Positions 1 to 8,828 are shown, numbered from the stretch's first letter. The stretch: DNA of 32,000 nt from Desulfobulbus propionicus DSM 2032 (GCF_000186885.1 NC_014972.1:3510001-3542000); one strand, 5' to 3'. The notes: generated by a model not told the origin, from the sequence alone. Numbers and translations are program-made.

Positions 1-347
1 AGGTTGCCCCGCTTGCCTTGGCGATCAAGCAATCGGCGGACAGTCCCGCCGGAGTGGCCGCAGAGGTCAAGTTGTCGCGCAGCGGCAATGCCTCGGCGTT
101 TGGCAATGTGTTCCTTCACTACGTGCCGGCCAATGATCCGAAAACCAGTCGTACAATTGGCCAAGCGCAAGGGGTTGCCATCTATCTTCCCGAGGTCGAG
201 AAAAAAATGCTCATTCCCTTGACGGACATATCTCGCCAGGAGCTTTCCTCCGGGTCCATTCGCGTCTCGTTCCTGCCGGGAACGGGTTCCGCCAACCAGC
301 GTGAGAATCTGGGACAAAAGGCGGTCAAGGACTTCCCGCTGCGCTGA
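1..347 (+). CDS. hypothetical protein, 3' part of a gene entering from the left edge (partial)
   Basis: The frame is open from base 3 to TGA at 345-347, with no stop upstream of the track's TTG at 18. It is followed by a hairpin plus T-run. No family recognised. Confidence 0.4.
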   Translation, partial: VAPLALAIKQSADSPAGVAAEVKLSRSGNASAFGNVFLHYVPANDPKTSRTIGQAQGVAIYLPEVEKKMLIPLTDISRQELSSGSIRVSFLPGTGSANQRENLGQKAVKDFPLR

Positions 348-373
348 CGCTCTCCCTTCCCGCCAACGCGCAA

Positions 374-414
374 CCCGGACCAGGCTGGCCATCGCCGCCT
401 CTTCCGGGTTTTTT
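374..414 (+). terminator. Rho-independent terminator candidate
   Basis: cccgga(374-379)/tccggg(403-408) plus aggc(382-385)/gcct(397-400) form a stem, followed by TTTTTT at 409-414, 27 nt after the stop at 345-347. Confidence 0.5.
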
Positions 415-494
415 CTTGCACGGTTTGTTTTCTTTTTACGGTCCCCGCCGCACCGGGGAAAACGGCAAGGAGCTGGTGAGCCGGCAACGGATAC

Positions 495-3400
495 TCAAAT
501 TTTATTTCGCTGCATATTTGCGTATTTTTGCGCGATCAATTTAGGGTTATACCCTGTCGGCATCCGGTTCGCGGGGAGGGTGGCGATGGGTTGCTGCTCC
601 CTGGTGGAGTAGTTGACAGGGAGACTGAGCGCGGAACCGGTTCTGGGCCGCATGCGCGCGGCCAACCGGTCAGCCTCGTTCTTGACGCTGAAATCGCCGC
701 AGGTGACTCGGTAATAGATCCCCTTTTCCTCACCCAGATCGACTTTTGTCACCCGTAGATCCTCGGCGCCGACAATGTCCGCCAGTTTTTGCGCAAGAAT
801 CTGCATGCCTCTGCGCGCCGCCTCCATGGATTTATACGAGGCAAGATGGACGGCATAGGTGCCGGTGGTCCCGTTTTTTGTCGGCACAGCAGGTGGCTGT
901 TCCGCTTTGCTGGCCGGTTGTGGGACGGGCGAGGGTATGGCGGCGCGCGTTTCGGTTTCGCGGCGCGCGACCCCGGCTTTGCCATTCGGGGCAGCATTGC
1001 CGGTACCTGTTTGGGCGGCGAAGGTGCTTGCCGCCAAGGTCAAGGGGGCAATGGAAAGAGTGGTTGTTTGTTTGGCGGAAGGCGGTGCGGATGGTTTGAC
1101 AGCGGCAAGGGCTTCATGCCCCATCCCTTGCCGGGTGTCGGAAGAACCGGGCGCGGAGGGGGCCGGTCTGTCGGCAGGCGCCTTGTCGCGATTCCTGTAT
1201 TCAGGTGGGGCAAGAATGATATCGTTGCCGCGGGCGATGGTGCCGTCGTTGTCGATGACAATCTGTTTTTGCCATTCGTCGACCGATTCCTTGAGGCGGG
1301 GATCGGTGCTGGAGGCCTGCAGTGTGTAGGTGCCAGGGAAGACTTTTTCAAACAGGTAGAATCCGTCGTATTCGGAAACGGTTTTTTGGACCTGCTTCCC
1401 CTGCTTGTCGAGCAGTTCCAACTGCACGTTGGCCAGGGGTTCCTTGACGCCCTCCCTGTTGGCAACGTACACCATGCCGTCGATTTCTCCGGTGGAAACA
1501 ACAGGAAAGTCGATGGAATGGACACTGCCCGAACGAGGCAGGACCGCCACGCCGGGAACAGCGGGTTGCCAGTGGGGATCTTTCAACGAATCCGGATCAA
1601 TTTCCACATCGGTTGGCTCGGAGGCGGCGAGCCCGGTGAATTGTGCAACGCCCTGATCATTGGTCCGGACATTTCTCCTGAGTTGCCTGGCCACCACCCT
1701 GACCTCGGGCAGGGGCGTGTCATCTTGATCAAAGACCTTGTTGTTGTTGGCGTCGTGATAAACAAACGCCGTCGTCGCGCCGCGGCCGGATCGTTTTTCC
1801 GATTTCACCACGATTTCCTCGCTCACCGGATCCTTCCCCAGGGAAAAGGAAAGGCCGAGAAAGGCACCAAAATTTCCTTCGGAATCGTACAGGAGACTGG
1901 GAGAAAGAATATATTGGCCAGTGTCGAAGTCAAGGCTGGCCCTGGCCGTGGTCAAGTCTTCCTGCAAATCGTCATCCACCTCGCGAATGACACTGGCGCC
2001 GGCGCTGATCCCCTGCGCGATCGGCCAGTGTCCGGACAATTTATAGTCGGTTATGCCGCTTGCTTCACCGAGGTCATACCCGACACCCGCGGTGATCCGC
2101 CCCCTGCCGATCGTGCCGCTGGCCTGAAATTCGCCATCCACCGGCGCGCTGGTGCCCTCGCCGGTTTCTCCATCATTCCAATGGAGCACATTGGAGAGGT
2201 GGATGCCTTTGATGGCGCTTGACAACCGCGCGCTGGTCCGGCCCGTTTCCGAATCTTCGTAGGTGGTGTTCTCCCTGGAGAGGGTATAGGAAAGTGTGGG
2301 CAAGAAGGTGAATTCGGAAAAACTGCCATTCACCCCGAAGGACGTCCGTTCTTTCAAGATCCTGTCCGGATTGTTCTCGTCGACGAAGTCGGAAAAAATC
2401 TCGTGTTTGGCCCGGAGATTGACCGGGCCCCAAGCTGTCTGCCCCTGGATGGAGTGACCGTTGCCGCCAGTGCTGTCGGTGATGGTATTGATCTCGCCAT
2501 AGAGCGAGGAAAGAGAACCGTTGAGGCCGGCCTGCAGATAATTGTGCAGCGTGTCGTCGAATTCAACGCGTGAGAGTCCTGCTGTTGCCGAAAGGTGATC
2601 CGTTACCCCATAAGCGAATTTGCCGACGAGCCGTTCGCCCTCGCCTGCGCTGGTTTCCTCCTGGTCGAGGCCAAGCACGGTGTTTTTTCTCTGGGTAGCG
2701 GAGAGGTTGTACTCAAAACCACCGGCTTTGAGCATTCCCGAGCCGACATTGATATTTTTGGTCTCGACCATGCGGCGCTGGCCCTGCGGGCCATGGGCGA
2801 GCAGCTGAAAGGCATTGGCGCCAAAATAGACCGGGATATCCTCGAACACATAACGCCCGTCGCTCCCCACCCGGACCGAATTGATCAGGTTCCCGTTTTG
2901 GTACAGCTCGACATCCCAGCCAGGCTGCGCATTCCCCTCGAACCGGGTGGTGTCAAAATCCCGGTTGCGTTGAACGTCGCCGTTGGCAACAAAAACGCCG
3001 CGCTCGACGCTCCTGTTCCCGAGGATAGGCAGAGCCACGGGAGACACATCGCCCGCCGCGATCTTGCTGGCCCGCATCGGTCCAAGCATCGTGCTCTCTT
3101 TATCCATCTTCTCCAGGGTGATGCGGGCATTGTCCAGGGGCTCTTCCTCGTCACCCGAGAAAAAGGCCTTGGCGCTGGCGTGCGCGAGATCGCCCTCGGC
3201 CACAAGGGCATGGTTGATGCGGAACATATTGCTTTCCTGGCCGTTCTTCTCAATGCCGCTGGTCAGGGATACGTCCATCACCGGAAAGGAGTACAATTCG
3301 TATGGCGCCTGTTTCGGGGTGTACTTTAGGCTGGTATCCTCCTTTTCCGAGAGCCCCTTGCGCTTTCTTTCCCGTTCGTATTGCGCCTGAAGGGGTAATT

Positions 3401-4196
3401 GTTCCCTCGGTGTCAGCTTGGCGCTCATTTCCCCGGTGGACACAACAATATCAACTGGAAACCACCGGCTCAGCAGCTGACTGTCGACATAGATGTCGTC
3501 CTCGCCGACAAAGATTTGACCCTCATTCCAATCAGCTGTTTTTCCTTCAATTTTTATATTTTTTTTGGCCGCATCCAGAGAGAAGGTCCGGTCTTCGGAG
3601 ATGATCCATCCGCTTGCGACACCTTGCTGCGCGTCGACCTTGAAGGTGAAGCCAAGGGCCTGGGCAATGCCGCCGACAGGCAGCAGGGTACTCTTCTGGT
3701 CGCCGTAGGCGACAATCTCCTGCTTCACGCCAATTTCCGGGCAGACTGCACTTAAAATGAGCAGGTTATCCTCGTTGATCGGAGACTCCGGAGGAGAGGG
3801 AGGGGGGGCCGTTGCGGTGCCAGGGGGAGCGAGGTCGGGAGTGGTGGGCGAGGGTTGTTGAGACTGGAGTTCGTGGGCGGTGGGCAGATTGATTCCGGCA
3901 AGACGGGCCTGCGAGGTCAGGTGATCGAATTGTTGCCAATTAATTGACTTTCCCGCTGCGTGATCCTGGAGCAAGGATTCCCGTTTGAGCACGGTTTCGG
4001 CAAGTTGCCGGGCCTGGGGGGCATTGTTTTGACGAAGCCGCTGCCACTGGGCGTACTGATCTGTTTGGCGCAGGAGGATGTCCGCCTGTTCAAGAGCCAG
4101 GGATGCGTCAAAGACGGCCGCCGAACCACCGGTGGATCGCCCGGAGGGCAGCGGCTCGCTTGCGGCTTTGGCGATGTGGGCAACGGATGCGGTCAA
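495..4196 (-). CDS. large outer-membrane usher-like beta-barrel protein with C-terminal carboxypeptidase-regulatory-like and SPOR domains
   Basis: 1233-aa ORF with a TTG start preceded by gaaggg. The central region resembles fimbrial-usher/OM-barrel sequence (ELYQNGNLINSVRVGSDGRYVFEDIPVYFGANAF, SLDFDTGQYILSPSLLY). YDGFYLFEKVFPGTYTL is CarboxypepD_reg-like. The C-terminal YAVHLASYKSMEAARRGMQILA...IYYRVTCGDFSVKNEADRLAARMR is SPOR-like. Pro/Ala-rich linkers are present. Confidence 0.6.
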   Translation of the reverse strand: MTASVAHIAKAASEPLPSGRSTGGSAAVFDASLALEQADILLRQTDQYAQWQRLRQNNAPQARQLAETVLKRESLLQDHAAGKSINWQQFDHLTSQARLAGINLPTAHELQSQQPSPTTPDLAPPGTATAPPPSPPESPINEDNLLILSAVCPEIGVKQEIVAYGDQKSTLLPVGGIAQALGFTFKVDAQQGVASGWIISEDRTFSLDAAKKNIKIEGKTADWNEGQIFVGEDDIYVDSQLLSRWFPVDIVVSTGEMSAKLTPREQLPLQAQYERERKRKGLSEKEDTSLKYTPKQAPYELYSFPVMDVSLTSGIEKNGQESNMFRINHALVAEGDLAHASAKAFFSGDEEEPLDNARITLEKMDKESTMLGPMRASKIAAGDVSPVALPILGNRSVERGVFVANGDVQRNRDFDTTRFEGNAQPGWDVELYQNGNLINSVRVGSDGRYVFEDIPVYFGANAFQLLAHGPQGQRRMVETKNINVGSGMLKAGGFEYNLSATQRKNTVLGLDQEETSAGEGERLVGKFAYGVTDHLSATAGLSRVEFDDTLHNYLQAGLNGSLSSLYGEINTITDSTGGNGHSIQGQTAWGPVNLRAKHEIFSDFVDENNPDRILKERTSFGVNGSFSEFTFLPTLSYTLSRENTTYEDSETGRTSARLSSAIKGIHLSNVLHWNDGETGEGTSAPVDGEFQASGTIGRGRITAGVGYDLGEASGITDYKLSGHWPIAQGISAGASVIREVDDDLQEDLTTARASLDFDTGQYILSPSLLYDSEGNFGAFLGLSFSLGKDPVSEEIVVKSEKRSGRGATTAFVYHDANNNKVFDQDDTPLPEVRVVARQLRRNVRTNDQGVAQFTGLAASEPTDVEIDPDSLKDPHWQPAVPGVAVLPRSGSVHSIDFPVVSTGEIDGMVYVANREGVKEPLANVQLELLDKQGKQVQKTVSEYDGFYLFEKVFPGTYTLQASSTDPRLKESVDEWQKQIVIDNDGTIARGNDIILAPPEYRNRDKAPADRPAPSAPGSSDTRQGMGHEALAAVKPSAPPSAKQTTTLSIAPLTLAASTFAAQTGTGNAAPNGKAGVARRETETRAAIPSPVPQPASKAEQPPAVPTKNGTTGTYAVHLASYKSMEAARRGMQILAQKLADIVGAEDLRVTKVDLGEEKGIYYRVTCGDFSVKNEADRLAARMRPRTGSALSLPVNYSTREQQPIATLPANRMPTGYNPKLIAQKYANMQRNKI

Positions 4197-4262
4197 AGGC
4201 GCCCTTCGTGTTCAGAGTCGAAAAATGGGCCTATACGTTTTGTCGGGAACACTGGGTGGCAA

Positions 4263-4277
4263 GCAATTTTTGCACCA
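4263..4277 (-). promoter_or_regulatory. sigma54 (-24/-12) promoter candidate for the usher-like gene
   Basis: The minus strand reads cTGGTGC-aaaaa-TTGCtt (TGGYRC-N5-TTGC), about 65 nt upstream of the TTG start at 4196. A 13-bp palindrome, aaggatgatcctt, lies at 4307-4319 just upstream. Confidence 0.55.
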
Positions 4278-4369
4278 GTATAAAATGAGGTATGGAGGCG
4301 AGCAGGAAGGATGATCCTTGAGGGGGAAAGGCGCACATGGAGGCGGCCAGAAAAAGCTGACAGGGGCAA

Positions 4370-5470
4370 TCAGGCCTGCTGTTCGTCTACCCGGCGCATG
4401 CCTTCCATGACCAGTCCCATGAAGCCGCCGATGACCTCCAGTTGCTTTTCCTCGGCGGAGAGTCCGGAAGTGTAGGTGAAGGTGCCGTCGCTCTTGGCCA
4501 GCAGGGCAAAAAAGGCTTCCTTGCCGCTCAATTCCTTGTACTGGGTTTTCACCAGTTCGCCTTCATTGAAGGCAACCGTGGCGTTGCCGTCGTCGAGTAC
4601 CAACAGCACCTTGCCGGTTTTCTGGCTGGAATTGATCAGCTGGAACAGCTCGACGGCGTTGATGTCCGACAGCCTGCCGGTCATGCCCGAGCTGATGGTG
4701 CCGGCCCGCAGGGTATTGGCCTGGGCGCGCTCTACCAGGAGGCGGTAGAAAAAGACCTGGAGCACCGGATAACGGTTGAGGGTGTGCTTGAAATCCTTGC
4801 TGGAAAGAGTGGCCAGGCGGGTTCTTTCCCGCGAATGGATGGAGGTGGTGATCGGTTCGCCGGACAGCAGGCTCATCTCGCCGAAAATGTCGCCCACGGT
4901 CATTTCGGAGAGGGTCTGCCCTTCGTCGCCGATAACCGCCACCCGGCCTTCGAGAACGATGTACAGACTGGTGCCCGGATCGCCTTTTTTGAGGATGATT
5001 TTGTGGGCGTCGTATTCCTTGAGCTGCAACTGCGCCGACAGATCGCGCAGGCTGTCTTCGGTGAGCGGCTCGAAAATTTCCAGCTTGCGCAACACGTCAT
5101 AAAACTTATCCAGATGGCGCATCCGCGCCTTCTGTTCGGCGGCGGCCAGCAGCTTCATCTGCAACGTGGCGAATCCCTTTTCTTTTTTGAATTCAAAACG
5201 AATCAGGCCGGTACATCCGCCGCATTCAAACTTGACTTTCTGCACCCCGGAGGGGGAAAACCGCTCCAGGCTTTTTTTCTCGGCCACGGCCTTCATCAGC
5301 TCGCGCACCATCAGCAGGCAGACCGCCTTGCCTTCGGGGACGATCAAGGCCATGTTCTCGACCTTGAATTCCTCGCCCACATTGTAAATGGGGCAAGAAC
5401 GTTCTTCGGTGACGATGAAGATCGCGTCACGGTATTGACTGGCGTTGCGTTTGGGCTCGTTGGTGTTCAT
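4370..5470 (-). CDS. cyclic-nucleotide-binding domain protein with C-terminal DUF4388 (PATAN-like) domain
   Basis: I place the start at ATG 5470-5468 (MNTNEPKRN...), because the upstream part of the 530-aa track ORF overlaps the 5524-5895 gene. The CAP_ED-like core is LKKGDPGTSLYIVLEGRVAVI...GDIFGEMSLLSGEPITTS. The DUF4388-like tail is GRLSDINAVELFQLINSSQKTGKVLLVLDDGNATVAFNEGELV...GKEAFFALL. Confidence 0.7.
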   Translation of the reverse strand: MNTNEPKRNASQYRDAIFIVTEERSCPIYNVGEEFKVENMALIVPEGKAVCLLMVRELMKAVAEKKSLERFSPSGVQKVKFECGGCTGLIRFEFKKEKGFATLQMKLLAAAEQKARMRHLDKFYDVLRKLEIFEPLTEDSLRDLSAQLQLKEYDAHKIILKKGDPGTSLYIVLEGRVAVIGDEGQTLSEMTVGDIFGEMSLLSGEPITTSIHSRERTRLATLSSKDFKHTLNRYPVLQVFFYRLLVERAQANTLRAGTISSGMTGRLSDINAVELFQLINSSQKTGKVLLVLDDGNATVAFNEGELVKTQYKELSGKEAFFALLAKSDGTFTYTSGLSAEEKQLEVIGGFMGLVMEGMRRVDEQQA

Positions 5471-5523
5471 GCGAAAAGGAAAGGAATCGCGGCGCCGAAC
5501 AGCGGGCCGGCGCCGCTCGTGGC

Positions 5524-5895
5524 TCAGTCGGAACGACCGAAGAGCAGGTAAATGATGAACCCAAGAATCGCGGCACCGCCGAACAGCACCGGAAGCACCT
5601 TGTTCACCTGCAGCTCGCCGTTGACCACCAGGGTTTGCATGTACTGCGTGCCGGAAGCCCACCAGATGGCCAGCACCGCCCCCAGGATGATCAGGTCGCG
5701 GAGGGCCTTCTTGTAGAGCAGGTAGCCGACAAGGGCAATGAAGGGAACGAGAAACCAGGGATTGGAAAACAGCCCGGAAAAGTCGACCTCCTTGATCTGC
5801 TCCGGCAAATGGGTTTCCTGCACAAGCCGCCCGACGGGCTCGATGAGGTCCCCGATTTTTTGTAGAATCGAATCGATCGTTGCGCCGAAATCCAC
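5524..5895 (-). CDS. small integral membrane protein (3 predicted TM helices), unknown function
   Basis: GTG start with aaggag 9 nt upstream. Hydrophobic segments: WFLVPFIALVGYLLY, LIILGAVLAIWWA, VLPVLFGGAAILGFIIYLLF. It lies 53 nt upstream of the cNMP gene on the same strand. Confidence 0.6.
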   Translation of the reverse strand: MDFGATIDSILQKIGDLIEPVGRLVQETHLPEQIKEVDFSGLFSNPWFLVPFIALVGYLLYKKALRDLIILGAVLAIWWASGTQYMQTLVVNGELQVNKVLPVLFGGAAILGFIIYLLFGRSD

Positions 5896-6208
5896 TCGCG
5901 TTCTCCTTGTTTGAAAGAATGATCCATGCCTTCAACCGGCGGGTTGTCCTGCTGACATGCACGCCGTCGCATCACCGGTAGGTCTATGGTATCAGCGGTA
6001 AATCGGTTCGTCAAAATGAAAACGGCCAGAGTCCGCTTTCCTTCCCTGCGACCCCTCACCTGTTTAACCTTTTTGTTTTTTGAAAAACCCATTCACTACA
6101 AAAATGGGCGAATTGTTCATTATCGGCTCATTGCCTCGCCACGGCCATCCGATTAAAAAATATATAATTATAACAAGATAAATAATTATACTCTGAAAAA
6201 TGATCAGG

Positions 6209-6223
6209 TGGCACTCTTTTTGA
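6209..6223 (+). promoter_or_regulatory. weak sigma54-like -24/-12 element
   Basis: TGGCAC-tcttt-TTGA. The -24 half is perfect, but the -12 element is GA instead of GC. It sits at the edge of an AT-rich divergent intergenic region, 215 nt upstream of ATG 6439. Confidence 0.3.
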
Positions 6224-6365
6224 TAAACAACAAGAAACACCAACTGGAAGCGGTTATTCACAGGGGCACCAGGCCTGTCGGCACTCACCCGTGCGTTTGA
6301 CCAGCGACCAGCGAGCGTGTTGGCGAAGTGCAAGCAGCCATTCGTTCCACCTCCCTCCTCCAACC

Positions 6366-6400
6366 GGCTGCCCCGTCCTCCTCCTCTCTGCGGGGCAGCC
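6366..6400 (+). other. perfect 10-bp GC stem with a 15-nt pyrimidine loop, in the leader of the 6439 gene
   Basis: ggctgccccg (6366-6375) pairs with cggggcagcc (6391-6400). The loop is tcctcctcctctctg. No U-tract follows, so it is not a terminator. Confidence 0.6.
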
Positions 6401-6438
6401 CCCTCCTCCTGCAAAGGGGCAAGTATGCAGAGGCGTCC

Positions 6439-7158
6439 ATGGCATACAGCGTTCTTGTCGTGCAGCACTCCAAATGGCACCCTCCGGGCAAAGGGTTGGT
6501 GCGGCTGGCCCGCGTGGGGCAGATCACCCTGCGAGTTGTCGAAATGTGGCGGGAAAGCGCCGCTGACTTGGCCGAATTCGACGCCCTGATCATTCTAGGC
6601 GGGCCGTGTGATCACGACCAGGATGGATCGCATCCCCTTCTTGGCGAGGAAAAACGGCTGGTACGGGCGTGGATGCATCTCAACCGGCCCTGCCTTGGAT
6701 TCAATCTTGGCCTGCATTTGATCGCCGAGCTCATGGGCGCGGTCATCGGACCGGCGCATGTACCTGGAACGGGATTCGTTGCCGGCCATCTGACCCATGA
6801 GGGGAAAAAACACCCTCTTTTTCATGGGCTGCGGTCACCTCTGACACTCTTCAAGGGGCATGGGCGGGAGATTCAATCCCCGCTGCCCCGTTCCATGGTT
6901 TTGCTTGCCACCTCCAAGGAGTGCATGGTAGAAGCATGCTGCCTCGAAGGCCGTCCGCATATCGTTGGCCTGCAATGCGACAATTATTTAGGGGTGCTGG
7001 AAGAGGTCGGCACTTGGCGCATGCACAGAAAGCGGCCGGTGGCCCCGGGACAACCCTTGGCGGCGGAATTGAACGCCGCCACTAGCGAAAAGGCCGCGGA
7101 GAGCTCGGCGACCTTCAGCCTGCTGCTGCACAATTTTATTACCCTGGTCGGGCGGTAA
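6439..7158 (+). CDS. class I glutamine amidotransferase-like protein lacking the Cys-His-Glu triad (probable pseudo-enzyme)
   Basis: MAYSVLVVQHS... is a typical GATase1 N-terminus. The nucleophile elbow reads LGFNLGLHLIA (G-x-N-x-G instead of G-x-C-x-G). The position of the GvQFHPE motif reads GLQCDNY. The SD agagg lies 5 nt before the ATG. Confidence 0.6.
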   Translation: MAYSVLVVQHSKWHPPGKGLVRLARVGQITLRVVEMWRESAADLAEFDALIILGGPCDHDQDGSHPLLGEEKRLVRAWMHLNRPCLGFNLGLHLIAELMGAVIGPAHVPGTGFVAGHLTHEGKKHPLFHGLRSPLTLFKGHGREIQSPLPRSMVLLATSKECMVEACCLEGRPHIVGLQCDNYLGVLEEVGTWRMHRKRPVAPGQPLAAELNAATSEKAAESSATFSLLLHNFITLVGR

Positions 7159-7199
7159 CCGCCCACGAGCCCCCCCTCGCCACTGTCCATTGACCGCGC

Positions 7200-8510
7200 A
7201 TGAGCATTCTCAGTCAACAGTCCGTTTTCTCCGCCATGCTCCAGGATGGCCCTTTCGCCATTGGCAGCGCCCCGCCCCTGGCCCATCCCTTCTCCGCCGA
7301 GAGCAAGCAGTGGGTCAGGAACATCCGCCACAATCAACTGTTGAAAACCAAGTATCGTTCGGTCCGCAACCAGATCTTCGATCTCCTGGGGGTCAATACC
7401 TTCGACGAAATTCTGGTGCTGATCCACGACCAGGAGCGACGGGCCAAGGCAGCGGAGCGCGCCTACCTGCTGCTGGGCAACATGTTCGGCATCGTGGGTT
7501 CCGGCCAGGAAGTGGTGCGGCATCTGCACGAATACGCTCGCACCGCCGACGATGTGATCAGCTCGCTGCGGGCCAAGGTGCTGGCGCCTTACAGCGCCCA
7601 TATCGAAACCACCAACGAGATTGTCACCGCCTGGGATCCGGTCGAACTGCTGCTGGCCCTGTTTGACGATCGCTACCACAAGAAAGCCCGGTTTGAGGCC
7701 AAGCGCAAACTGGCGCTGATGGGACTGGCCGGCTCCATCGACCAGCGGGAACGGGAAACGCGGATTGCCGAAAAATTTCTCGATTTTCTCGCCTTTCTCA
7801 ACGCCTACGTGTGGAGTCCAGATCTCAAAATCGGTGACCTGGAGATCCGCTATCTGCACAGCGCCCACAACGCGGAGGATTTCAGCTGTACACGGGTGGA
7901 CGTGCTCTCCGAGGAAGAGGCGCGCGCGATGACGCCGGCGGCCGGTGAAAAGCTGACCTTGGTCAAACGGCGGCGGTTTCGCGACAACGACATCGACATT
8001 CCCATCTACGTCACCATCCGCAAGAAGGAACCCGCGGCCAAGGTACTCAAACTGCTGCGCAAGAACGACAAGAATCCGGCCACGGCGGTGGACGACGAGC
8101 TGGGATTGATGGCGGTGCTCAACTCGGTCAACGATGTCAAGCGGTTTGTCCGTCATCTGACCCGCAGCGCCGCGCGGGCGAAATCGTTCATGACCCTGGA
8201 GGATATCTCCGACACCCTCACCGGCGGCGAGTATCAGGGCCGCGCCACCGGCAGCTCCGGCAAGACCTCGATGCTCAAATTTTTCGCCCGCACCGGCGGC
8301 ATGCGCATCGAGTTCATCATTCACACCAACCGTTCCTACCTCAACTACATCTATCAGCGCGACGTGGCCCACGACGAATACGAGGTCAAGCGTATCTTCG
8401 ACACCGGCGTGGTCGAATTCCTCTTTCCGCCGGACATCTACCGTCTGGATCTGCGGACGATCCGCGACCAGCAATTGGCCCGTTTCCGTCGACAGATCGA
8501 GGAGCGCTGA
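7200..8510 (+). CDS. divergent RelA/SpoT-domain-like nucleotidyltransferase, function unknown
   Basis: 436-aa ORF. AVDDELGLMAVL resembles the D-x-x-G-x-R strand, and SSGKTSMLKFF...MRIEFIIHTNRSYLNYIYQRDVAHDEYEVKR resembles the GYrSlH...vEvQIRT...W.e..H..YK region of RelA_SpoT synthetase folds. It starts 41 nt downstream of the GATase-like gene. Confidence 0.45.
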   Translation: MSILSQQSVFSAMLQDGPFAIGSAPPLAHPFSAESKQWVRNIRHNQLLKTKYRSVRNQIFDLLGVNTFDEILVLIHDQERRAKAAERAYLLLGNMFGIVGSGQEVVRHLHEYARTADDVISSLRAKVLAPYSAHIETTNEIVTAWDPVELLLALFDDRYHKKARFEAKRKLALMGLAGSIDQRERETRIAEKFLDFLAFLNAYVWSPDLKIGDLEIRYLHSAHNAEDFSCTRVDVLSEEEARAMTPAAGEKLTLVKRRRFRDNDIDIPIYVTIRKKEPAAKVLKLLRKNDKNPATAVDDELGLMAVLNSVNDVKRFVRHLTRSAARAKSFMTLEDISDTLTGGEYQGRATGSSGKTSMLKFFARTGGMRIEFIIHTNRSYLNYIYQRDVAHDEYEVKRIFDTGVVEFLFPPDIYRLDLRTIRDQQLARFRRQIEER

Positions 8511-8698
8511 CCGGCGCGGCGCCAGCGCCGCCCTTCCCCTCCGTGACCAAGAGGCCGATCCCCCGCCAGCACGACGCCTAGCGGGCCCCACTTCGCGGCA
8601 TCCGCCGTCACGGTTCACGCCCCGTCTGTAACTCTGCCTTTTTCTTGACGGGCCGACCGTCCTTCCGCCCCCACCATTTTGTCGCCCTCCTACCTGTT

Positions 8699-8714
8699 TG
8701 TCGAACAAGCAACA
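8699..8714 (+). promoter_or_regulatory. TGT-N10-ACA element (NifA-type UAS-like)
   Basis: tgtcgaacaagcaaca lies about 100 bp upstream of the nifH -24 element. The motif has low information content. A second palindrome, attgtt-ttccc-aacaat, lies at 8778-8794. Confidence 0.3.
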
Positions 8715-8813
8715 TTTCTGGACCGCTCCCGTTGATGATCCCGGCCTGGGGATCCCGGGAGAAAAAATCGTAATTTATTGTTTTCCCAACAATATTTTCA
8801 ACTTCTCATCTCC

Positions 8814-8828
8814 TGGCATGCCCATTGC
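8814..8828 (+). promoter_or_regulatory. sigma54 promoter of the nif operon
   Basis: cTGGCAT-gccca-TTGCct has the correct GG-N10-GC spacing and lies about 105 nt upstream of the nifH ATG. Confidence 0.75.

Noticed and set aside
6240-6438. Known riboswitch classes in the long leader (c-di-GMP GEMM, Moco, glnA RNA).
   Set aside because: By eye I could not find the conserved cores (for example ACGCAAAGC...GGUAGCGGGGUUACC for GEMM-I). The region is reported only as an unclassified structured leader. A covariance-model scan would be needed to be sure.
6064-6480. 138-aa minus-strand ORF across the AT-rich divergent intergenic region, plus other ORFs at 6254-6593.
   Set aside because: Their composition comes from the AT-rich spacer and from GGAGG/CCTCC tracts. 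They have no SD or motifs and overlap the start of the amidotransferase-like gene.
6984-8708. 574-aa ORF antisense to the RelA/SpoT-like gene. Similar long antisense ORFs occur at 789-2222, 4442-5551, 8798-9916, 10335-11720, 12201-13772, 13714-14835, 22688-23518, 23629-24924, 26100-26924 and 28238-29347.
   Set aside because: These are shadow ORFs typical of high-GC DNA. They are Arg/Gly/Ala/Pro-rich low-complexity translations, have no recognisable motifs, and each lies opposite a gene with strong motif support (nifHDK, istA, ardC, helicase and others).
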